Source: Legionella genomosp. 1
Lineage (GTDB): Bacteria > Pseudomonadota > Gammaproteobacteria > UBA6186 > Azoamicaceae
Length of the DNA stretch: 24,000 bases
Reading direction: 5' to 3'
Assembly: GCA_945878715.1 (NCBI GenBank)
Contig: CAMCTX010000006.1
Span: forward strand, 5,384 to 29,383
Positions 16,861-24,000 of this stretch are shown here, piece by piece. The position numbers and the translations under genes were made by a program. The notes beneath the pieces were generated by a model. That model worked only from the letters and a program-made list of their open reading frames with translations. It was not told where the DNA came from and searched no databases. How positions within the stretch are numbered: the stretch's first letter is position 1; every line of letters starts with the position of its first letter.

Positions 16861-18626
16861 TGGCCATACCCGAGCAAGCAGTTGGTACCTTGATTATTGG
16901 CGCAGGGGGCGCAGGATTAAGGGCTGCCTTACAGATCGCACAACAGGGAAAACCGGTTGCGGTATTGTCTAAAGTCTTTCCAACGCGATCGCATACCGTA
17001 TCAGCCCAAGGCGGTATTAATGCAGCCTTAGGGAATGTGACAGAAGATCACTGGCATTGGCATATGTTCGACACGATTAAAGGATCGGATTATTTAGGCG
17101 ATCAGCATTGCATTGAGTATATGTGTAAAGAAGGCCCACAGGCTGTGTATGAATTAGAACATATGGGTATGCCTTTTTCGCGTTTAGACAGTGGTCGTAT
17201 TTATCAACGTCCTTTTGGTGCCCAATCACAGAATTTTGGCAAAGGTGGGCAGGCTATACGTACCTCAGCGGTGGCCGATAGAACAGGTCATGCATTATTG
17301 CATACTTTGTATCAGCAAAATCTTAAGGCCAAAACGCTTTTTTTTAGCGAATGGTATGCGGTTGATCTTATCAAAGATGCAAAAGGTCATGTAGCAGGTG
17401 CTTTGGCTATATGTATTGAAACCGGTGAATTGCGTGTGCTACGTGCAGAGGCGATTGTTTTAGCCACGGGGGGCGCCGGTCGCGTCTATCAATCCACCAC
17501 CAATGCCCTTATTAATACCGGTGATGGTTTAGGCATGATCATCCGTGCGGGGTTGCCGCTGCAAGATATGGAGATGTGGCAGTTTCATCCTACCGGTTTA
17601 GCCTATGTGGGTGTTTTAATCTCTGAAGGGTGTCGGGGCGAAGGGGGGTATTTGGTGAATGCAGAGGGTGAGCGTTTTATGGAACGCTATGCACCACATG
17701 CCAAAGATTTGGCCTCAAGAGATGTGGTATCAAGGGCCATAGCCCTTGAGATTCAGGCAGGCAGGGGCTGTGGGCCCAACCGTGATTATGTGCTATTAAA
17801 AATGGAGCATTTAGGTGCCGATCTCATTCAAAAACGGCTACCCGGTATTCGATCCCTATGCAAGACTTTCGCCAGTATCGATCCGATTAAAGATCCCATT
17901 CCCGTGGTACCCACCTCACATTATATGATGGGTGGTATTCCGACCAATCAACATGGCCAAGTTTTAACCTTAGATAAGCAGGGCATTGAAACGGCCGTTC
18001 AGGGGCTCTATGCCGTGGGTGAGTGTGCCTGTGTATCCGTGCATGGTGCGAATCGTCTAGGGGGCAATTCTTTACTCGATTTGGTGGTGTTTGGACGATC
18101 GGCGGGCAATCATATTTTAGAAGCGGCTAATCAGCAACCAGCAGCAGCACAGACACAAAAAGCCTTAGATCCCAGTGTGTCGGTTGCGCGATTGGATCGT
18201 TGGAATAAGGCCAAGAAAGGAGAAAGCGTTCACAGTGTGCGTCTTGCTTTACAACAAGTGATGCAAAATCATTTTGGGGTTTTTAGAGAAGCAAAAAGCA
18301 TGCGAGCAGGCATTGAAAAGCTTAAAAGTATTCATCAACGTTTAGAAAAAGCCTGTTTAGGCGATCATAGCCAAGTCTTTAATACGGCCCGTATCGAGGC
18401 CTTAGAATTAGATAATTTAATGGTGGTGGCATTGGCAACGGCGGTGTCTGCCGAGGCCCGACAAGAAAGTCGCGGGGCCCATGCCCGAGAAGATTTCCCC
18501 CATCGTGATGATCAAGCATGGTTAAAGCACACACTTTATTTTTCAGAGCATAAACTGGGGTTTAGACCTGTGAATTTAAAACCCCTATCCATGGAAGGTT
18601 TTATACCGAAAGAGAGGTCCTACTAA
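16860..18626 (+). CDS. sdhA: Succinate dehydrogenase flavoprotein subunit
   Basis: From the ATG at 16860 (TAATG overlap with sdhD): [88 protein letters not shown]. The track start at 16827 is probably too far upstream. Confidence 0.97.
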   Translation: MAIPEQAVGTLIIGAGGAGLRAALQIAQQGKPVAVLSKVFPTRSHTVSAQGGINAALGNVTEDHWHWHMFDTIKGSDYLGDQHCIEYMCKEGPQAVYELEHMGMPFSRLDSGRIYQRPFGAQSQNFGKGGQAIRTSAVADRTGHALLHTLYQQNLKAKTLFFSEWYAVDLIKDAKGHVAGALAICIETGELRVLRAEAIVLATGGAGRVYQSTTNALINTGDGLGMIIRAGLPLQDMEMWQFHPTGLAYVGVLISEGCRGEGGYLVNAEGERFMERYAPHAKDLASRDVVSRAIALEIQAGRGCGPNRDYVLLKMEHLGADLIQKRLPGIRSLCKTFASIDPIKDPIPVVPTSHYMMGGIPTNQHGQVLTLDKQGIETAVQGLYAVGECACVSVHGANRLGGNSLLDLVVFGRSAGNHILEAANQQPAAAQTQKALDPSVSVARLDRWNKAKKGESVHSVRLALQQVMQNHFGVFREAKSMRAGIEKLKSIHQRLEKACLGDHSQVFNTARIEALELDNLMVVALATAVSAEARQESRGAHAREDFPHRDDQAWLKHTLYFSEHKLGFRPVNLKPLSMEGFIPKERSY

Positions 18627-19318
18627 TGCAATTTTCTATCTATCGTTATAATCCGGAGGTTGATAAGAAACCTTATATGCAGGATTATACCTTGGATGTG
18701 GAACGTTATAAACCAGCGATGGTTCTAGATGCATTACGCTATTTAAAAGAACAAGATGAAACGCTCGCCTTTAGGCGATCCTGCGGGGAAGGTGTATGTG
18801 GATCAGATGGTATGAGCATCAATGGACGTAATAGTCTGGCTTGCATTACACCCTTAGCCTCTTTAAAAGGCCCCATTGTTTTAAGGCCTCTACCAGGTAT
18901 GCCGGTGATCCGCGATCTCATTGTGGATCTCACACAATTTTTTGAACAATACAATAAAACAAAACCCTATCTGCAAAACACAGAAGCACCACCCGAGAAA
19001 GAACGCTTACAATCACCTGCCGATCGTGCCAAATTGGATGGTCTTTATGAATGTATTTTATGTGGTTGCTGTTCGAGCAGTTGTCCTTCCTATTGGTGGA
19101 ATCCGGATAAATTTTTAGGCCCGGCAGCCTCTCTGCAGGCAGCACGTTTTATTGTCGATAGTCGTGACAATGCCACGCCCGAACGTTTAGAACAACTAGA
19201 AGATGCCTATAGTGTCTTTCGTTGTCGTAGTATTATGAGTTGCGTGCAGTCTTGTCCCAAAGATTTAAATCCCAATCAAGCGATTGCAGAGATTCGTGAC
19301 AAAATTATTAAAAAATGA
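18626..19318 (+). CDS. sdhB: Succinate dehydrogenase iron-sulfur subunit
   Basis: 230 aa. SCGEGVCGSDGMSINGRNSLAC, CILCGCCSSSCPSYWWNPDKFLGPA, CRSIMSCVQSCPKDLNP. Confidence 0.97.
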   Translation: MQFSIYRYNPEVDKKPYMQDYTLDVERYKPAMVLDALRYLKEQDETLAFRRSCGEGVCGSDGMSINGRNSLACITPLASLKGPIVLRPLPGMPVIRDLIVDLTQFFEQYNKTKPYLQNTEAPPEKERLQSPADRAKLDGLYECILCGCCSSSCPSYWWNPDKFLGPAASLQAARFIVDSRDNATPERLEQLEDAYSVFRCRSIMSCVQSCPKDLNPNQAIAEIRDKIIKK

Positions 19319-19327
19319 GTATGGCGT

Positions 19328-22033
19328 ATGCCTTCGACGTACATAGAATCTTTATATAACGATTTTCTGAAAGATCCGGAATCGGTTTCGGTCAGCTTTC
19401 GTGTTTATTTTGAACAATTGGCACTAATATCCCCTGCGGCTACAGCCCCCGTGTCTTCCGATCAGATAGATAGAGGCTACAACGAAAAACAAGCCAAGGT
19501 TTTAGCGCTTATAGAGGATTATCGTGCGAAGTCGCATTTACAAGCACAGATAAACCCTTTGTTGGCGAAGGTTGCCGATACCATCAGTGCGCTTACACTC
19601 GAAAGTTATGGTTTATCCCTGCGCGATCTTCCAACACTTTTTAAGGCAGGTACTTTAGCGGGTGTCCAAACCCGTTCTTTGGAACAAATTTTGTCCGATT
19701 TAAAGCGCCTATACGGTGGTACGATGGCCTATGAATATATGCATATCAGTGATGCGACGGAACGGCATTGGGTGCAGGCCCATTTAGAATCGATGAATGG
19801 CGATTCAGTACTCAGTCCTGAAATCAAAAAAGATCTGTTACAAAACTTGGTACGGGCCGAGGGCTTAGAAAAATATATAGGATCTCAATATCCAGGCGCA
19901 AAACGCTTTTCTTTAGAAGGTAATGATAGTTTAATTGTAGCCTTAGATACTTTAATTCAAAGTTCCACGGCCATGGGCACACAAGAAATTATTATGTGCA
20001 TGTCTCATCGGGGCCGTTTGAATGTGCTGGTTAATCTTCTAGGTAAAAGACACCGTCAATTATTCGATGAATTTGAGGGAAAACATGAAGCCAGCTTAGA
20101 GGCTGGCGATGTGAAGTATCACCAGGGATTTTCTTCGAATATTATCACACCCCATGGACAGGTGCATTTATCCTTAGCCTTTAATCCTTCACACTTAGAA
20201 ATTGTAGGTCCCGTGCTGTGTGGCTCTGTAAAAGCCAGACAACAACGCCGTATCGATAGCGATTATCAACAGGTTCTGCCTATTGCTATCCATGGGGATG
20301 CCGCTATTTGTGGACAGGGTGTTGTGATGGAAACCTTTCATATGTCACAAACCCATGGTTTTAAAGTGGGGGGTACCATTCATATTATTGTGAACAACCA
20401 AATTGGTTTTACAACCTCCGACCCACAAGATGCGCGTTCGACGCGTTATTGTTCGGATATTGGTAAAATGTTTGAGCTGCCGATTATACATGTGAATGCC
20501 AACGATCCAGAGGCTGTGTATCGTGCCATGCTTTTTGCCTTGCAATACCGCTTACAATATCATAAAGATAGTATTATCGATTTAATAGGCTATAGACGAC
20601 ATGGTCATAATGAAGCGGATGAACCCTTGGTCACCCAACCCTTGCTTTATCAGCAGATCCGTAAAACACCCACAGCCCTGCGCTTTTATGCCGATCGCTT
20701 GATTGCAGAAAATCTTTTGACAGATCTTGAGCTCAGAACCTTACAAAAACAATACCAATCTTTTTTAGATGACAAGCAAAACCCTTTGTTACATCATGTT
20801 GTGGAAGATCCCAATCGCGCCTTTGCCAGCGATTGGACATCCTATACAGCCAAAGATTGGCGCACCCATACAGACACGGGGGTTCATCTGCCACGCTTAG
20901 GGCAATTGGCCCTTAAGCAGCTTGAGTTGCCAGAGGGGTTTAGTCTGCATCCTATCGTACAAAAAACTTTAGAGAATCGGCGTGCTATGGCAACAGGAAA
21001 AACACCCTGCGATTGGGGTTTTGTCGAAAATCTAGCCTATGCAAGCCTTTTGGCTGAAAAAACAATTGTACGATTATCAGGACAGGATGTTTGTCGTGGC
21101 ACTTTTTTTCATCGACATGCGGTCTTATACGATCAAAATAATGGACAATCCTATACACCCTTAGCGCATATCAGCGACGATCCAAAAGCCTTTTCGGTGG
21201 TAAACTCTTTATTATCCGAAGAAGCTGTGTTGGCTTTTGAATATGGTTTTTCAAGAACAGAGCCCAAGAGCTTGGTTATTTGGGAGGCCCAATATGGCGA
21301 TTTTGCCAATGGTGCGCAGGTGGTGATTGATCAGTTTATCAGCGCTGCCGAGCAAAAATGGGGCATTCAAAGTGGCCTAACCTTATTTTTACCCCATGGT
21401 TATGAGGGGCAGGGTGCAGAGCATTCTTCCGCACGCATCGAACGCTATCTGCAATTATGTGCCAAAAAGAATATGCAAGTGTGTATCCCTACAACACCGG
21501 CACAAATGTTTCACCTACTAAGACGTCAAGTCCTACGTCCCTTAAGAAAGCCTTTAATGATTATGACTCCTAAAAATATGTTAAGGCATAAATGGGCGGT
21601 TTCTACGCTAGAGGATTTAGCCTTTGGCTCCTTCAGACCAGTTCTAGAAGAGGTAGACACCTTATCGCAAAAAAACTTCGAAAAAATCATTTTATGCAGT
21701 GGAAAAATTTATTATGAATTGTTGGAGAAAAGACGTTTGGAAAAACGTGAAGATATTGTGATACTTCGCATAGAGCAGCTTTATCCTTTTCCTGATCAAG
21801 AGCTAAGCGCAGCGCTTTTACCTTATGCCAAAGTTTCAAGCATTGTATGGTGTCAGGAAGAACCTAAAAACCAGGGTGCTTGGCATAGCCTTGAAAGTCG
21901 CTTAAAAGCCTGTTTGCTTGCGCATCAAAAATTGTCGGTGATTGGCAGGCCTATTGCTGCAGCCCCAGCCCCGGGCTATCTTTATTTGTACCGTGATCAA
22001 CAAGCCATTTTGCTAGAAGAGGCCTTTCGTTAA
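19328..22033 (+). CDS. sucA: 2-oxoglutarate dehydrogenase E1 component
   Basis: 901 aa. YIESLYNDFLKDPESVSVSFRVYFEQL, MSHRGRLNVLVNLLGK, GDVKYHQGFSSN, HGDAAICGQGVVMETFHMS, NNQIGFTTSDPQDARSTRYCSDIGKM. Confidence 0.97.
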   Translation: MPSTYIESLYNDFLKDPESVSVSFRVYFEQLALISPAATAPVSSDQIDRGYNEKQAKVLALIEDYRAKSHLQAQINPLLAKVADTISALTLESYGLSLRDLPTLFKAGTLAGVQTRSLEQILSDLKRLYGGTMAYEYMHISDATERHWVQAHLESMNGDSVLSPEIKKDLLQNLVRAEGLEKYIGSQYPGAKRFSLEGNDSLIVALDTLIQSSTAMGTQEIIMCMSHRGRLNVLVNLLGKRHRQLFDEFEGKHEASLEAGDVKYHQGFSSNIITPHGQVHLSLAFNPSHLEIVGPVLCGSVKARQQRRIDSDYQQVLPIAIHGDAAICGQGVVMETFHMSQTHGFKVGGTIHIIVNNQIGFTTSDPQDARSTRYCSDIGKMFELPIIHVNANDPEAVYRAMLFALQYRLQYHKDSIIDLIGYRRHGHNEADEPLVTQPLLYQQIRKTPTALRFYADRLIAENLLTDLELRTLQKQYQSFLDDKQNPLLHHVVEDPNRAFASDWTSYTAKDWRTHTDTGVHLPRLGQLALKQLELPEGFSLHPIVQKTLENRRAMATGKTPCDWGFVENLAYASLLAEKTIVRLSGQDVCRGTFFHRHAVLYDQNNGQSYTPLAHISDDPKAFSVVNSLLSEEAVLAFEYGFSRTEPKSLVIWEAQYGDFANGAQVVIDQFISAAEQKWGIQSGLTLFLPHGYEGQGAEHSSARIERYLQLCAKKNMQVCIPTTPAQMFHLLRRQVLRPLRKPLMIMTPKNMLRHKWAVSTLEDLAFGSFRPVLEEVDTLSQKNFEKIILCSGKIYYELLEKRRLEKREDIVILRIEQLYPFPDQELSAALLPYAKVSSIVWCQEEPKNQGAWHSLESRLKACLLAHQKLSVIGRPIAAAPAPGYLYLYRDQQAILLEEAFR

Positions 22034-22045
22034 AGGATATTTACT

Positions 22046-23239
22046 ATGAGCATTCAAATTAAAACGCCGGTATTACCAGAGTCTATCTCAGAGGCTAAAA
22101 TTATAACCTGGTATAAGAAGGTGGGTGAGGCAATTCAAAGAGATGAACATTTGGTCGATTTTGAAACCGATAAAATTGTATTAGAAGTGGTGGCACCCTG
22201 TGATGGCACCCTGGTTGAAATTATCAAAGAATCGGGCGCTTTGGTAAAATCTGAAGAAATCATTGGTTCTTTTGAAGAAGCCACGCTCAATAAGACCGTT
22301 GAACAGCCCAAAGCACTTGTACCTGCAAAGCCTGTTGCGGAGCCAAGTGTCCAAGAACAGGTAGAACCCTCTCCTTCACCCACGGTGAGACGTTTGGCCG
22401 CTGAAAAAAATATCGATTGGCACGATCTACAGGGTACAGGCAAAAAAGGTCGGCTTACCAAAGACGATGTCTTAAAGGCATCCATGCCCACTATCAACAC
22501 AGCACAAGATGCAGCGCCAGGCCTTATACAGCCTGCATCCCGTTCTGAAAAACGTGTTGCGATGAGTCGCTTACGCACACGTATTGCAGAACGTTTGGTG
22601 GAAGTCCAAAAAACGGCGGCCATTCTTACAACCTTTAATGAAATCAATATGCAACCCATCATGGATCTACGCACAAAATACCAGGAGATTTTTCAAAAAG
22701 ATCATGGTGTGCGCCTGGGTTTCATGTCTTTTTTTACACAGGCCGTGGTCGAAGCGCTTAAGCGATTTCCCATCCTTAATGCTTCGGTAGAAGGACAAGA
22801 CATTGTTTATCATGATTATTATGATATCAGTGTGGCGGTTGCTTCTGAACGCGGTTTGGTGGTGCCCGTTATTCGCGATGCCGATAAACTGCATATGGCC
22901 GATATCGAGAAAAAAATTGTCGAATTTTCAGAGAAGGCAAAAAATAATCAATTAAGCTTAGAAGAAATACAAGGTGGAACCTTTACACTGTCCAATGGCG
23001 GTGTTTTTGGTTCCTTAATGTCCACACCTATTTTAAATCCACCCCAAAGTGCTATTTTGGGTATGCATAAAATTATGCCAAGACCCATCGTCGAAGAGGG
23101 GGTTATTGTGATAAGACCGATGATGTATGTGGCTTTATCCTATGATCATCGTATTATTGATGGCATGGATGCGGCCAAATTTTTGGTAGCCGTTAAAGTT
23201 TCATTAGAAGAGCCAGCACGTTTATGGTTGGAAATATAA
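22046..23239 (+). CDS. sucB: Dihydrolipoyllysine-residue succinyltransferase (E2 of 2-oxoglutarate dehydrogenase)
   Basis: 397 aa. Lipoyl domain [20 protein letters not shown]; E3-binding [32 protein letters not shown]; catalytic [22 protein letters not shown]. Confidence 0.97.
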   Translation: MSIQIKTPVLPESISEAKIITWYKKVGEAIQRDEHLVDFETDKIVLEVVAPCDGTLVEIIKESGALVKSEEIIGSFEEATLNKTVEQPKALVPAKPVAEPSVQEQVEPSPSPTVRRLAAEKNIDWHDLQGTGKKGRLTKDDVLKASMPTINTAQDAAPGLIQPASRSEKRVAMSRLRTRIAERLVEVQKTAAILTTFNEINMQPIMDLRTKYQEIFQKDHGVRLGFMSFFTQAVVEALKRFPILNASVEGQDIVYHDYYDISVAVASERGLVVPVIRDADKLHMADIEKKIVEFSEKAKNNQLSLEEIQGGTFTLSNGGVFGSLMSTPILNPPQSAILGMHKIMPRPIVEEGVIVIRPMMYVALSYDHRIIDGMDAAKFLVAVKVSLEEPARLWLEI

Positions 23240-23260
23240 AAATGCCAGGGAGAATTGCGT

Positions 23261-24000
23261 ATGCATTTACATGAGTATCAAGCTAAGAAAATATTGGCTG
23301 AATATGGTCTTCCTGTGCCAAAAGGTGTGATGGCAAATAGTGTCGATCAGGCCTTGTTAGCGCTTAATTTCTTAAATACCGAGCACTGGGTCGTGAAGGC
23401 ACAAATTCATGCCGGGGGGCGTGGAAAAGCCGGTGGCGTAAAACGGGTGGGTAGCAAAGAGCAACTGGAAGAGGTCGCCCGCCAACTCTTGCATACACGA
23501 TTGGTCACCCATCAAACCGATGCAAAAGGTCAGCTGGTGAATGAATTATTGGTGGAAGAAACCTGTGATATTCAACAAGAATTTTATTTGGCTATGCTGG
23601 TAGACCGATCGACCAAACAAGTCCTTTTTGTGGCCTCTGCTTCGGGTGGGGTTGATATTGAAGCGGTCGCCAGAGACCATCCAGAAGCCATTTTAAAGCT
23701 AGGGGTCGATCCTTTACTGGGTGTGATGCCTTATAAATGTAGAGATTTGGCGATTAAGTTAAAACTGAATAGTCTGCAAAGTCGACAGCTTACCCGTATC
23801 ATGACCGATCTGTATAAGGTTTTTATTGAGAACGATTTAAGTTTGTTGGAAATCAATCCCTTAGTGGTCACCAAACGTGGCGATATGATGTGCTTAGATG
23901 CCAAAATGAATGTGGATGATAATGCGCTATATCGTCAACCAGCCTTGCGAGCCATGCTAGATACTTCTCAGGAAGATGCACAGGCGCTCTTAGCCCGCGA
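23261..24000 (+). CDS. sucC: Succinate-CoA ligase (ADP-forming) subunit beta (5' part; runs off the window)
   Basis: My own translation from the ATG at 23261 gives MHLHEYQAKKILAEYGLPVPKGVMANSVDQAL…VVKAQIHAGGRGKAGGVKRVGSKEQLEE…, which is SucC. The frame is open to the window end and is absent from the supplied track because it is incomplete. Confidence 0.95.
   Translation, partial: MHLHEYQAKKILAEYGLPVPKGVMANSVDQALLALNFLNTEHWVVKAQIHAGGRGKAGGVKRVGSKEQLEEVARQLLHTRLVTHQTDAKGQLVNELLVEETCDIQQEFYLAMLVDRSTKQVLFVASASGGVDIEAVARDHPEAILKLGVDPLLGVMPYKCRDLAIKLKLNSLQSRQLTRIMTDLYKVFIENDLSLLEINPLVVTKRGDMMCLDAKMNVDDNALYRQPALRAMLDTSQEDAQALLAR

Noticed and set aside
22135-22674. 179-aa ORF on the minus strand
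   Set aside because: It is fully antisense to the highly conserved sucB, its translation matches no recognisable domain, and it is most likely a shadow ORF from codon bias.
1-24000. Search for CRISPR arrays, toxin-antitoxin pairs, restriction-modification or phage genes
   Set aside because: No regularly spaced direct repeats, Cas proteins, methyltransferase of the R-M type or phage structural genes were seen. The SpoU methyltransferase is RlmB, an rRNA-modifying enzyme.
19328-24000. Absence of the E3 (lpd) gene next to sucAB considered as unusual
   Set aside because: In many gammaproteobacteria lpd is encoded with the pyruvate dehydrogenase genes, so sdhCDAB-sucABC(D) without lpd is ordinary.

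Overview
This 24 kb window appears to be a gammaproteobacterial chromosomal segment; by inference it is Legionellales/Coxiellaceae-like, but that is not proven from this sequence. Most of it is housekeeping genes. In order: 3' end of hflK, hflC, tRNA-Leu(CAG) on the minus strand, rnr, rlmB, an ankyrin-repeat protein, glyA, nrdR, nusB, then on the minus strand hemH and a phosphodiester glycosidase-like exported protein, a small exported protein, an OPA-family (UhpC/GlpT-like) MFS transporter, a DUF559/Vsr-like nuclease gene (minus), gltA (minus), two related exported coiled-coil proteins, sdhCDAB, sucA, sucB and the 5' part of sucC. The most unusual locus is 13001..13488. There a small DUF559-type nuclease ORF fits between two 76-bp, near-identical, inverted copies of a two-hairpin palindromic repeat, and both the ORF's stop and its upstream-most start codon lie inside the repeats. 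This resembles a REP/RAYT-like or MITE-like self-contained mobile unit. Secondary leads are a ~90-bp long-range inverted repeat between the tRNA-Leu and rnr, a tandem pair of repeat-containing exported coiled-coil proteins between gltA and sdhC, an ankyrin protein with possible effector character, a Cys-rich insertion in ferrochelatase, a REP-like hairpin forming the hemH 3' end, and a possible alternative-pairing leader upstream of glyA. No CRISPR array, rRNA, prophage or recognisable defence cluster was seen.
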